Assembly: GCA_964016885.1 (NCBI GenBank)
Contig: OZ024740.1
Coordinates: forward strand, 305,784,001 to 305,848,000
Source of the DNA: Eledone cirrhosa
Lineage: Eukaryota
DNA: 64,000 nucleotides
Reading direction: 5' to 3'
Part shown: in pieces, positions 26,653-39,844 of the stretch
Layout: each line of letters starts with the position of its first letter
Numbering within the stretch: position 1 is the first letter of the stretch
The notes under the pieces: generated by a model
What the model was told of the DNA's origin: nothing
The model's input: the letters and a program-made list of their open reading frames with translations, nothing else
Database searches by the model: none
Translations under genes and position numbers: made by a program

Positions 26653-27534
26653 AAAAGAAAGGTTGCGTTAAAGTTATGCCACACTCACACACACATACGC
26701 GCACACAAATATATTTTCACAAATCAAAATGCTATGGAACGTGTCAAATTAGTGAGAACAATTTTCAAACGTCTCTTTCCGACGAAGCAGGTTAAAATGA
26801 CTCTGATCTCAATTTCAGTTCAAAGCTATCTTCAAACACAAGCTATTTAACAAGTCATCTTATACTGAGGTGGCTCGTATTGAAAGCAGGAGTTGGCCTT
26901 AAGTTTAGGTGTCTCCTCGTTCCAGTCAGCCAGCCAGGCTGTTGACAGTTTATAAAACAGGGCTTGTGTAACAATATTGTAATAATACTTGTCTTTCACG
27001 CACAGATGGTAACGCTTTGAATAGCAGTGGGTGGCTCTCGATGATAACAAACCGTACAAAAGGTCAAGCTAATCGAGTGGGCGGGTTTATAGTGTTGTAT
27101 TTCGGCTGTGGGTACTACGTACGGTCACATAATAATCTCACATAATCCAATCTGCCAGCCTACCAGTTTTATATCCGCCTTCCCGAAGAAATGGGAGGGA
27201 GAGTCTTTTTACTACTGCTGTTCGTTATTCTTAGCAATTACTGATGATATTGTTATAAGATACTGAGATTGATACAGAAAAACACACACAGAATAAATTT
27301 TCTTTTTCTGTTTTTTTTTCCTCTTATATATCAATATATTTATGAATGTGGTTAACTTTCATTAAGAATGATTCTCCTATAATCAAAATATCAAATAGAC
27401 TAATAGAACGATAAAATATTCAGTAGATTCGCGCAGAAAATTACAAATTTCTATAATTATTTTTGTTCAGTAGACAGAAACATTTCGTTCATCAGATCAA
27501 ATTATTATTATTTTTATTGTATTTCATATGTATT

Positions 27535-27636
<102 letters not shown>

Positions 27637-27831
27637 AGTCCCAGGTTCAATCGGAGGTAACCACAGTAAGCAAGGTACTCAATACAATAGTAGGGTGTAA
27701 ACAACAAATTTAATATAGAAATGGCTTCTACAGGACTAGAACTGTTTCATTCGAAAGAAATCATCACTTGATGATTTCTTTCGAATGAAACAGTTCTAGT
27801 CCTGTAGAAGCCATTTCAATATTCAATTCGA

Positions 27832-28190
27832 TATATGATCTCGGTTATTCGCGGAATTTTCCTTAGAACCTAACTAATAATTGTTCGTGGAAACTACCGC
27901 ATATTCGCGGAATTGTAAATATCTTCCGTAATTTTTTTAATGGCTATTTCGTGGCAATATATATATATATATTTTTTTTTAACACTAAATTATTAATAAC
28001 AATATACCGTATTTGCCGGCCTATTGGACGCCCCTTCGCATAACACGCTCCCTCTTTTTTTAAAATTATATTTTACATTATATTTTGACGTTTATTGGTA
28101 TTTTTATGGACCACGCCCAATATTCACGATTTTTAACTCTTCGCGGGGTCTCTAGGAACGCAACTCCCGCGAATACCGGGGCACAACTGT
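27832..28190. mobile_element. Tigger/pogo-like MITE remnant
   Basis: ctcggttattcgcgg at the left end and cccgcgaataccggggcacaactg+TA at the right end; repeated ttcgcgg motifs. Confidence 0.5.
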
Positions 28191-28211
28191 ATATATATGT
28201 ATATATATATA

Positions 28212-28463
28212 CAGTGCAGGATTTACGTATAAGCTAAACAAGCTATAGCTTAGGGCCTCCACTTCTTGGGGCCCCCAAAAATTGCAAAAAACGGTGTGTA
28301 CATTTCCAAAATATAAGATAAAAAAGAATTAAAATAATGCAATAGTTTTAAACAGTTTTCTGCTTTAATATTGAACGGGTTGCAGTTTTTATAACATTTT
28401 TTATAGCATATAAAGGGCCCCATTATCGCAAATAGCTTAGGGCCTCATCAAATCTAAATCCGG

Positions 28464-28468
<5 letters not shown>
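28212..28468. mobile_element. hAT-like MITE in (TA)n
   Basis: Imperfect TIRs cagtgcaggattta / taaatccggcccta and a subterminal repeat tagcttagggcctc at both ends. Confidence 0.7.
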
Positions 28469-28547
<79 letters not shown>

Positions 28548-28989
28548 ATGTATGTATGTATATATATCTATATATATATATTTAAAAGTAATGAATATAT
28601 TTTCATGTGTTTATATGTGTGAAGATATGACAGTTAAGATTTATTTATATATGTCGCTGGAGGAAAATTTTGGATTGAAGACGCGTTGGGCTGATAGAAT
28701 GTAAGAAAGCTGGGATTTTGGTGGTGTTAAAACGAAAAGAATGAATGAAAGTTGTTTTTGAGGAATGAAGACTGGTTCAGATCGATTCAGTCAGAATGGA
28801 ATAAATTGAAAGAAAGTTCTAGACGTAACCGCCAGAGACCGAAATAAGTGGATAAAAATAATGATTCTGGTAATGTTAAAGTAAAGTAAATCAACTAAAG
28901 TTGGCTAAATAGAACCGAAATAAATACATAAGATAAAAAGATAATTGAGTATTTAGTGGAAATTTTTCAGTGTGGGTGTGTACATATGT

Positions 28990-29285
28990 ATGTTCTTCTG
29001 GTTATATAATTTCACAAATTTTTACCAATAGAGAGAGAGAGAGAGAGTCGGTTTCTAACATAGATACAAGACTGTCTCATTGGAATTTACACAACATCAA
29101 CTAGGTAGATATGTCTGCATGTCGGTATGCATGTGTGTGCAGGTATGGATGTTATTGTATGTGTGCATATGCTTTGTATCTGTACAAGTGTATATATGCA
29201 GTTATTAGATGCAGAATATTTGGAATGTTTTACATATTTATACTGTTCCATTAATGGATTGTACTTGTAATTTCCTAACTAGCTG
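28990..29285 (-). mobile_element. Shorter 3'-end copy of the same RLE lineage
   Basis: Direct repeat of about 29772-30080. Confidence 0.75.
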
Positions 29286-29348
29286 TATGTATGTATGTAT
29301 GTATGTATGTATGTATGTATGTATGTATGTATGTATGTATGTATGTAT

Positions 29349-29757
29349 GAGAGATGACCCCTTAGCCTTTGTCAAGGCAGAATTCTAGAAGAAGGAAACT
29401 CTGATATAACACCTGCAACCCTGATGGTATCCAATGATGTTGACTTGTTCTTCTTTTTGGTAAATATCATCTTGGTTAAGAGAGTGGGACTGGCTTTGTG
29501 CAGTGCCTTTGCTCACTATAAAAGCTTCACGGCACAGGCATTGCTTTATATCTGGAGATCTCTCTGCACTTATCATCACAGGGTACAATGGGCCCAGCAC
29601 TATGTGTCAGTAATTGTCACAAGTGTAGTGTTTGTACCAGAGTTTTCAAGTCGCTGGCTGGACTAAAAAGTCACACTCGTTCAGCGCATCAGTAGGGGTT
29701 CTCCTACATGGATATAAAGTAGTGGCCGTACTCGAAAACGAGTTGGCAGCCACCATG
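29349..29757 (+). mobile_element. Family X copy, 5' truncated
   Basis: Nearly identical to 11798-12203; inserted after (GTAT)n. Confidence 0.75.
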
Positions 29758-29769
29758 TATCTATGTATG

Positions 29770-30480
29770 TGTGTTCTTCTGGTTTTATAATTTCACAAAG
29801 TTTTACCAATAGAGAGAGAGTCGGTTTCTAACATAGACACAAGACTCTCTCATTGGAATTTACACACATCAACTAGGTAGATATGTATGTTTGCATGCAT
29901 GTGTAGATATGGATGTTATTGTATGTGTGGATGTGGATGTTTTGAGTTGTATGTGTGCATGTGTATATGCTTTGTATCTGTACATGTGTATATGCAGTTA
30001 TTAGATGCAAAATTTTTGGAATGTTTTACATATTTTTACTGTTCCATTAATGGATTGTACTTGTAATTTCCTAACTAGCTGTGTTCTTTCTGTTCCTGTG
30101 AAGCCTAGCTTCTCAATATATGTATTGAGGTAGTTACTAACATACCCCAGTGCCCCAATAATCACAGGCCTAAATCTGAAGGTGTAATCAGAGTGGAGTA
30201 TCTGCAGATTTCTCATCATTTCTGCATAAATGTTCTTATTTTCACTAATCTTTGATATTATATTGGCATCTGCTGGGCAGCTAATTTCCACTACTGTGCA
30301 TGTTTTCTTCTCCCTGTCCGATATCATAATATCTGGTCTGTTATGACTGCATTTTATTGGGGTTTTTACTGGAACATTCCACCAGTACTCTTTCATATTA
30401 TGTACATGGATGTCTTCCACATTGCTGTAGCTTTTAATGTGTTTATTATCGGGGCTATCTTTTTTACGAACTGCATTGTA
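29770..30480 (-). mobile_element. 3' fragment of a second R4/Dong-like RLE retrotransposon lineage, in (CATA)n
   Basis: EYWWNVPVKT..HNRPDIMI..VVEISCPAD..PVIIGALG..KICKTF plus 3' UTR; flanked by (TATG)n on both sides. Confidence 0.8.
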
Positions 30481-30531
30481 CAGTGTATGTATGTATGTTT
30501 GTATGTATGTATGCATGTATGTATGTATCTC

Positions 30532-31155
30532 GGGTCACTCTTGAGTGCTACTGGTAACATGTAACCCAGTACAATCTGTCATATGGTCGGGCCGTCGGCG
30601 ACTAAACCGGCAACCCCACCAAGTTTACTTGGTGAGGAGGGGGATTTCGGACACCCTGAAGGACAAAAAACAAATCCTGACAAAGGGCGGAAGAACTCAT
30701 AAGAGTCAACGGCCATCCAAAAGTGTGTAAATATGTATATACGCATGTACATATGTATGTATATGTATATGTGTATATACATGGGTGCATGTGTATGTAT
30801 ATGCGCGGGGACATTGAAATAGTCGGGCTGGACACCCGATCACGCGGATAAACCACTGGGAGTGAAGGACCCCTAGCCTTTGTCAGGGCATTCTTCTAGG
30901 AGAATGCAACTCAGGAAACTGGGATAACTCCGATATAAAACCTGCGGCTCAGTAGTTACAGATGATGTTGATCTTTTCTTCTTTTCGGGTTATAGCTACT
31001 GTCGCTCAGAGAGTGGGATTGGCTCAGTGCACATTCTTTCCTCACTTTAAAAAATATCTTCACGCACAGGCATTGCATTATAACATTAATTGATAATTAT
31101 TAACAATGGTATATCGTGCAATGGCCATACTCGATAACGAGGGGGCAGCCATCAT
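30532..31155 (+). mobile_element. Family X variant subfamily
   Basis: Same 5' 190 bp as 17507, a diverged middle, and the 3' end tcgtgcaatggccatactcgataacgaggggggcagccatcat followed by (TATG)n. Confidence 0.65.
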
Positions 31156-31335
31156 TATGTATGTATGTATTTATGTCGGCCCAATACTGACCATGTCTCC
31201 AGAAATGTAAGAGGGATCAAATTTGTGACCTATCTTCAGACGCTTATACAAGTTTATCTATAATATATTATTTCTGCTCTCTTGCCGATTGAGCACTGTT
31301 TTCATTTTTCCTTTTTCACATCTGTAGATATTTCT

Positions 31336-31442
<107 letters not shown>

Positions 31443-31539
31443 ACTATAAATAGCGTAGACATTACAATGCAACGAGAGGAAACATAATAGTACCACTAAT
31501 GATGTCTCAGGTGTATGATGAAAGAACTTTGATAGACTA

Positions 31540-31570
<31 letters not shown>

Positions 31571-31732
31571 TTGTATTTATAATCGTTAGTCAATGATAAA
31601 CATTGATTGCCAGCTAAGTTAACTATAGGGATATAAAAGATACAGAAGCAAAAACCAATCCAAACCAAACAGTGAGTGTTTTATTATTATTTCTTTCAAT
31701 ATTATAACAATACGACCCTCCCCAAACATAAC

Positions 31733-31779
<47 letters not shown>

Positions 31780-31879
31780 GCGCATATATATATACACTGC
31801 ATACTAAAATGTCGGTGATAAACTAACACATACTCTAATTATATATATATATATATAAATATATTATTCAATATATTAA

Positions 31880-32003
<124 letters not shown>

Positions 32004-32021
32004 TATTATTCAATATATTAA

Positions 32022-32139
<118 letters not shown>

Positions 32140-32191
32140 CACAGATATATATATACAGGACTAGAACTGTTTCATTCGTGATAAATCATGA

Positions 32192-32241
32192 AGGTTTCCT
32201 GATGATTTCTCACAAATGAAACAGTTCTAGTCCTGTAGAAG

Positions 32242-32244
<3 letters not shown>
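32192..32244 (+). ncRNA. Hammerhead motif, family A (other copies: 12245-12295+, 24296-24342-, 27723-27812 both strands, 32767-32814+, 33934-33977-, 55996-56046+, 63344-63395-)
   Basis: aggtttc-CTGATGA-t-ttctcacaaa-t-GAAA-cag-ttctagtc-ct-GTA-gaagctt; stem I and stem III pair in several copies. Confidence 0.7.
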
Positions 32245-32294
<50 letters not shown>

Positions 32295-32453
32295 TTCGTT
32301 TCTGAATTTGTTTAGCAAGATTCTTTATCTGAAAACGTGTGTTGAAACCGATATTGTTATACTTTGGGAGGGTCATGTTGCCAATAAGAAACACACAAGA
32401 TGGCGTAGGACAGAACAAAGGAGAGGCACAAAAAACAAAGAAAAGAATCCCTA

Positions 32454-32496
32454 GTCACTGAAGAGGTCACAGAATGTGTGACGAAAGAAATTTGAC
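32454..32496 (+). ncRNA. Hammerhead motif, family B (other copies: 9712-9754-, 54779-54820-; related family at 26323-26364+ and degenerate at about 31492-31535+)
   Basis: gtca-CTGAAGA-g-gtcaca-gaatg-tgtgac-GAAA-gaaatt-tgac (the other two copies read GAAA-g-ag-CTT-tgac). The related copy has CTGACGA-t-gttgca-gatg-tgcaac-GAAAG-aa-CTT, a different stem II sequence that still pairs. Confidence 0.65.
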
Positions 32497-32689
32497 AATA
32501 TATAAACAACCATCTGGTTGTGGAACAAACCAACCAACCGGAAATTTATAAATTCTTAAAATTTATAAATTTATTATAATAAATTGAAGTGAAAGCAACT
32601 GGTGCATGTGTTTCTTATTGGCAACATGACCCTCCCAAAGTATAACAATATATATATATATATATATATATTGGGGGGACGGTATATAA

Positions 32690-32763
<74 letters not shown>

Positions 32764-33248
32764 ACATTCCTGATGATTTCTCCCGAATGAAACAGTTCTA
32801 GTCCTGTAGAAGCCATTTCTATATTAAATATATATATATATATTTAATACAATAACAGAGATGGCTTTAAGCTGAACTCCGACTGGTAACCATCTCACTC
32901 AACAAACATTAGGTTATATGTTAGTATAAACTCAATTTAAGTGTTTGGGGTGCTAAGTATATGTATTTTGTGGAAAGCCAGTTTTTATGAGATATAATTA
33001 AAGTTAAAATATATCTCTCTTTCCAAACAATTGTTTCATTATAAGTTTTCTACAAATTGGGAGAATGTTTCCAGTTTATGTAGAAGCCTAACATATATTC
33101 ATGTAAGAAAATATTTAGGTGGGCACACACACACGCACTTCTCCGTATAAGACAAAAGCTGAAAAATATCTTTTGACATGCTAAAATACCCCCCATTGCT
33201 TTCAGACACATTCTTACTGACCAACCCTGCCACCACGAATTACTCTGC

Positions 33249-33299
<51 letters not shown>

Positions 33300-33374
33300 A
33301 TCTTAATAGCCATTTGACACACATCGCTGCTAACCATTATCACAACATCGAACACCTTACTACTATTACTACTA

Positions 33375-33444
<70 letters not shown>

Positions 33445-33469
33445 TTGTTGTGAAAGAGTCATTTCTCAA

Positions 33470-33687
33470 TCTTGGCGCAAAACCAAATTTTTATTCACAT
33501 GACCTCTACCGACCAATCAAAATTGTTTTGACCACAAGAATTTTTGCTGGAGCCACTTCTTTAACATAAAAACAGTCTTGGCGCAAAATCAATTTTTTAC
33601 ATTCACATGACCTCTACCGACCAATCAAAATTGTTTTGACCACAAGAATTTTTGCAAATTGGAGCCACTTTTTTAACATAAAAACAG
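33470..33687. repeat. Local tandem duplication of about 105-110 bp
   Basis: tcttggcgcaaaa..cacatgacctctaccgaccaatcaaaattg..taacataaaaacag occurs twice. Confidence 0.85.
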
Positions 33688-33979
33688 GTAGAATTCCCAA
33701 AACTAATCAGATCAGAGCAAACAGCACGGACACTCTATCTCAAAATTATTTTTGAAAAGCATTTAGAAATGCGCAACCGGTAAAAACTTAAAAACTTAAA
33801 ACCACAACTGAATACTAACCCATACAATCACTAATGCTCTTTTATTCCTAATTAAACCATTTTTCAACTGTGAACAATTTGTCAGCATTTTCTATTCCGT
33901 TTACCAATATATATATATATATATTTAATATAGTTCTACAGGACTAGAACTATCATTCGGGAGAAATCATCAGGAATAT

Positions 33980-34065
<86 letters not shown>

Positions 34066-34644
34066 TTATATACCGTCCCCCCCAATAGAGTTATCCCCCT
34101 GCTATACACACCAACCCTTGTCACATGTGTCCATTGACCTCTACATATAATAAACTCATATAATTAAATGATAAAAGATAAATAAAAACTTAAATAAAAA
34201 GTAAATTAATTTTCCGCGAGGAGTAAAAACATTTCAGATACTTGGAGTAAAAATATTTCTGTGATCAATGTCGGTCTTACTCAGAAGTAAAATTCTTTCT
34301 CTTTGAAAAACAAATGTCCGAATGCTGGATATTTCCGCCATGTGGTAAATCAATTCTAATTTATTATTTTCTTCTTCATCTCTCTGTCCTCCTCTATCTC
34401 ATCTCTCCCCCACTCTCTCTTTATATCCCTGTTGTTTACCTTGTCTCGCTCGCTTTACGCGATTTACTTGTCCCAATAGCTTTATTTAGCTATTGCTCGC
34501 ACCAACCGGAGGTATATGATTTTTAAAGCGATGAAATACCAATGAAGGTTGGAAAATCACTGATGAAGGACTATTTTTATCATATGTAACCCATGTGCAA
34601 CCACGCAGTATTCTTTCTTCTCATGTTTTATATATATATATATA

Positions 34645-34694
34645 TGATGGCTGCCCCCTCGCTATCGAGTATGGCCATTGCACGAGGAGAAAAA

Positions 34695-34725
<31 letters not shown>

Positions 34726-34804
34726 AAGAAAAAAGAAATATATATATATATACACATACACACACACATACACATATACACACACACACACATACATTAA
34801 TAAC

Positions 34805-34839
<35 letters not shown>

Positions 34840-34914
34840 CAATAATAATAACGACAACAACAATAATGATATACATATACATATATATATACACACAGAC
34901 GCACACACATAAGC

Positions 34915-34952
<38 letters not shown>

Positions 34953-35752
34953 TAGCAACTAACAGCGCTGCGATCGAATGTGGCTTTTTAGCCCAGCCAA
35001 TGATCTAAAATGTCTTGCACAGAGTCGGCAACCAAAACATTTACTGGGAATAGTGGGCTGTGGTTGGAGTTCGTGTACTTTTGCATGTCGCTTGAGCCCT
35101 CCTGCTGATTTACATTCTCTACCACATGTTTGGCAAGCATGATGAGTAGCATCTCCAACAGCAGCCTGGTAGTCAACCACTGGTCTTACTTTATGACTGC
35201 GAAGATGACTTTCGAGTCCAGCTTTGCTTAGGCAGAGTCTCGCACAGACGCTGCATGTCAGCACCATAGGAGGACCCTCGCCGTCTGGAAGTGCAACAGC
35301 AATGCCCTTCCTCACATCCCGCTTTACTTTCTCGTATGCGATTCGAGATGCCTCAAAGCAACTTTTCCCTCATATACAGTCTTTCTCCATTTATTACGAT
35401 CAGCAGCAATATTTTACCATGCATCAGCAGAGATGTTAGCGTCTTTCAGAGAGGCTTTCAAGGAATCCTTATACCTCTTTTTTGGTTTATGTGGCGGTCG
35501 TTTTCCTTTAACCAACTCTCCATAAAAGAGTTGTTTTGGTATTCTAGAATCCTTCATCCTGGCAAGGTGACCACTCCAACGGAGTCGTTGCTTAAACACA
35601 AGAGCTTCTATACTGTCACACATAGAGCTTTCCAAAATCTCGACATCACTGATATGGTCCCTCCAGTGAACGCCATGGATCCGTCTGAGACACATCTGAT
35701 GGAAACGCTCCAATTGTTTAAGGTGGTGTCGATATGTGACCCAGGTCTCGCA
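34645..35752 (-). mobile_element. 3' part of an RTE-like LINE with C-terminal C2H2 zinc fingers; 3' UTR interrupted by microsatellites
   Basis: ETWVTYRHHLKQLERFHQMCLRRI..RLRWSGHLARM..RIPKQLFYGEL..G.RP...PKKRYKD (typical RTE), then three CxxC..H..H fingers (34959-35315). Terminal hairpin ctcgatagcgag..gcagccatcat at 34645-34685. Confidence 0.8.
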
Positions 35753-35774
35753 GATATATATATATATATATATA

Positions 35775-36101
35775 CAGGGTATCCCAAAAAATGTATACAC
35801 ACTTCAACAGCAAAGAATTGAATTAAAATAAATTCTATTTTATATGCATTATCGGTAGAGGATCGTACGTCATGCTTTGCTGCATAGAGTTACGGCCCTT
35901 TACGGTCTGAGATCAAATCCCGCCGAGGTTAACTTTGCCTGATCTTTACGGGGTCGATAAAATAACGTACCATATTTGAGTGTTTACATACAATTGAATT
36001 ATGACTGTAGATCATTTTAATTTGGGGAATGACTGTACATTCTAATAAATATTGCCTGTACAGGTAATCAAAGTGTGTATACATTTTGGGGGGACATCCT
36101 G
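35775..36101. mobile_element. Tc1/mariner-type MITE with a nested SINE
   Basis: About 30-bp TIRs cagggtatcccaaaaaatgtatacacactt / aagtgtgtatacattttggggggacatcctg with TA flanks. A shorter copy lies at about 61390-61488. Confidence 0.75.
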
Positions 36102-36387
36102 TATATATAAACTTTAGAAAATTAACAAAGAGATGACAAGACAACGAACGGAAACAAGGCAAAACAAAAAAACATTTTTTTAAGGGGAAAACTTAAAGAA
36201 TTATTTTTAAAATCAAAAATACAAATGAAGGACACAGAACTCCATGGTCATCGGACGTTGAGATGGACTTTGGCAGTTTCGACCCCTACCAACGTATTGC
36301 TGGTCCACCCGGGGTCACAGCGTCTGACACAAGCCAAACACTGTCCAGTGGAGTGTACAATAATAAAAGGAAAGAAGAAAATCTTAC

Positions 36388-36716
36388 CGTGACTAAGGTC
36401 ACCAATTCTAAGACCAGAGAGTGCGTGTCCAGGATACTTCTCGTTCATTTTACATTTGGCATAACCATACAACACCATATCTACCTCTTCCAGGGTAAAC
36501 GTGAAGCCGACAAATGGCATAGTTGGTGGTGGTGGAGGTGGTGGTGGTGGTGGAAGCGGAGGTCGTGGCGGCGGTGCATAACGCAGGGGCATTATAGACG
36601 GTGACGTCATAGATGTCGCCGGTGACGCTTGAGTCGCTGAAACGGCTGGGGCTACTGTTGGACTGATACCCATACACATCTGGCTGGTTGACAGACGCAA
36701 ACGATCCATGGGGAAA
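36388..36716 (-). CDS. PRDM14: Coding exon of a host gene with a Pro-rich segment and a PRDM14-like pre-SET motif (FTFTLEEVDMVLYGYAK...GHALSGL)
   Basis: Minus-strand acceptor ttttcttgcag|T at 36717/36716 and donor CACG|gtaaga at 36388/36387. Non-repetitive open frame MDRLRLSTSQ...PPPPPT-MPFVGFTFTLEEVDMVLYGYAKCKMNEKYPGHALSGLRIGDLSH(G), with ATG at 36709. From memory it resembles the vertebrate PRDM14 pre-SET FTEE.L.FVLYG...HAISG. The exon is strongly supported; orthology is tentative because no SET or zinc-finger exons were seen. Confidence 0.6.
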
Positions 36717-36916
36717 CTGCAAGAAAATATACAGAACAATGTTTGATAGGTTTGGGATTAACGATGTGGATAAGCTGGAGTGGAAGAGATGAGAACCAGC
36801 AAGAGAGAGGGGGAGAGAGAGGGCGGGGAGAGAAAGAGAGAGAGAGAGAGAGAGTGAGAGTGAAGGAGAGAGAGAATGAGTGTGAGATAGATAGATAGAT
36901 AGATAAAGAGAGAGAG

Positions 36917-36963
<47 letters not shown>

Positions 36964-37338
36964 GGGGTTATTGGAAAATGCACTAATGCATTATAGTACC
37001 GAGGAAATTGTTTTGTGTGAAATCTAAAGGGGACGATAAAAGATCTGAAGTAATACAAAAATAGTGCCTTGATGAGTATGTTTAAGTTGGTTTGATAAAA
37101 AGCAAGCAAGTTCAATGAATCAGAAACCGTTGTTGATGGCCTTAAGTCATTGGCAGAGAGGTGATATTTGAGGAAAATAAGATTACGTATCAAGCAACAA
37201 GATTATTTTCTTGATTAAAAACAACATATTATAATGTTTAAGGTAATACAAATGTTTGGAGGTTGTATCTTTATGTTGCTTAAAACAAAGAGCTGGACTG
37301 ATGTTAACCCTAGTAGTACAAGCGGGAATAAATAGAAG

Positions 37339-37411
<73 letters not shown>

Positions 37412-37424
37412 TGAGAGAGACAGG

Positions 37425-37465
<41 letters not shown>

Positions 37466-38714
37466 GATGAGAGAGAGAGAGAGAGAGAGAGGGTGATGAG
37501 AGAGAGAGGTGATGAGAGAGACAGGTGATGAGAGAGAGAGAGAGAGAGAGGTGATGAGAGAAAGGAAAAAAAGAAAAAGAAGGGGCGAAGAATATATATG
37601 TGTGTATATCGTTGAGCAGTGATGTAACAAGGAACTGAAATCTTCTGAACTGAGAGACTTAAAAACAAGATCAAAGACAAGAAGTTCTACGTTTATTGTC
37701 CGCTCCATCCTATTTCTTTATATAACTGAAGAACTATTTGGACCTAATATTCCTCCAAAATGAAACAAATATTCTTATTCTCTACACTTCTTCAACAACA
37801 CTTGACGGAGATGTTGCCAAGTAGAGGAGACTGGATAACACTACCCCATCTCCGCCAGCTTTACTTTTTAGAAACGCCCTTTAGAACGCCTTCAGATTTA
37901 GAAAGAATTGCGATGATGTGCTTATTCGGAAACTCTACCGGAGTCACCACTCAGAATGTTCCACCCCAGCACCAAAGACTGGCGATAAGTCTGATACTAG
38001 AGTGTATTTTGTGTTCTTATTATAATCCCCAGGAGACGCGCTGAAAATTATTGTGTACAGTGCTCAGGTGCACTACCACTCATCAAAGGTGCATGTCTAG
38101 TACATAGAATAATGTATAAATGCCAGGAAAGTGAAGAGTATATGAGGCATGATATACACACAGACACACAAACACACATGCGTGCGTATGTATGGAGGGG
38201 GAATATCAGGTGTAGTGATGGCGAATTTAGGGAAGTATGGACACTTTGAAAGATGCAGTGTCCCGACAAATAACAACTAATGCAGGTAGTTTGTTCCATG
38301 CTTCAGCAACTCTGAACGTGAAAAAATGTTTCCGAAACTTGATTAAAATTTTCAAATAAATGTGTCTTTAAAAATGTTATCAATCTATTCATTGTTGGAT
38401 TTGATTTTATATCAGAGTCAGTATTTTTATTGTAGCTGCGGCCATATTGGCCCTGGCTTTCTTCAAGACTATGTTAGACCAGTAAAATAATTTTTATTGT
38501 TAAAAAAGATCACCGGCCATATTAGTAATCTTGTTATGTTTACAAAAAGAGTCATCAACATATTTCTTATTTGGTGAATAAACCAGAAAAGAAATGAAAA
38601 ACAAAACCTATAGTTCCACCCACAATAGAACTGTATAAATGAAACAAGTGATGAACTTGGAGTCTTAGCAACATCGTGGAACTTTATTGGAAAACAAAAT
38701 TCCACTAATGTATG

Positions 38715-38799
<85 letters not shown>

Positions 38800-38809
<10 letters not shown>

Positions 38810-39696
38810 CTGAGGATGTCTGTGTGTGTGTGTGTGTGAGTTTTAATCCCTAAAACTCGAGAATCACCCAACCGGCTGTTTTCAAAATTTACACATGTAA
38901 TACTTATGTTTCAGGGAGTGTTCTGAGCAATTTCAAATTTTCAATGCCTTAGGGACCGCATTGGGCGATTTAGCGATCTCTCTCTATAATTCTTAGTCTT
39001 TCTCTTTTTAGATAGATACATACATATAACGTCGCGCCTTTATATCTGGCTGTATGTCTGACTGTCTGCATTACGTCACTTCCCTGAGGATGTCTGTTTG
39101 TGTGTGTGTGTATGTGTGTGTGTGTGTGTGTGTCTGTGAGTTTGAATCCCTAAAAGTCGAGAAGTACCAACCGACTTTTTTCAAACTTTACATGTGTATT
39201 ACTTATGTTTCAACTTTTTGATCCCCTAGGGCTCGCATTAGGTGAAAAACTGCGTTTTTTCAGGTTTTTAGGGGTTTTTTGAGGCATTACGTCAGACTTA
39301 TTTCCTTTAAATTGTAACTATGTATTAGTCAGTCTCTTCTTCATAACGTGAGCAAAGAAAATCCAACTTTTTTATGGCATTAGGTGAAAAACTTCATTTT
39401 TTCAGCTTTTTAGGGCTTTTTTGAGGCGTTACGTCTAGCCGATTTTCCCAAAACTTCAAGGCATATTATGCACATAACAAAAATTCATTTTCTTGATCCC
39501 CTAGGGCCCGCATTAGGTGAAAACCTGCATTTTTTCTGCTTCATCGAGGCAAATCTGAAAGATTATCCAGCCATCAGAGTATTCGGTTTATTTTCTTTAC
39601 ATATTGTCCAGGCATGCAGTTTTACCGCGATTAGGTCTGTTGGCGGCCCGCGTTCCAAAATACCTTATCCCGTGCAACTCCGGGTACCACTGCTAG
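38800..39696 (+). mobile_element. Non-autonomous Helitron-like element
   Basis: 3' hairpin cccgtgcaactccggg followed by ctag|t. Internal duplications (38810-38970 vs 39085-39250) and repeated gcattaggtgaaaa. Confidence 0.65.
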
Positions 39697-39844
39697 TGTA
39701 TATGTAAATCTGTGTGTGTGTGTGTGTGTGTGTGTTTGTGTGTGTGTATTTATACATAAACCAGTAAATATATACACTTACTAAAAAATGAAAAGGAAAA
39801 AAATAAAACATTGACCATGATATGAACGTCAATAAAAATAAAAA

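Noticed and set aside
34959-35315. Host C2H2 zinc-finger gene exon, or the PRDM14 fingers
   Set aside because: Directly continues RTE reverse-transcriptase C-terminal sequence and is followed by the RTE terminal hairpin; linkers are not TGEKP-type.
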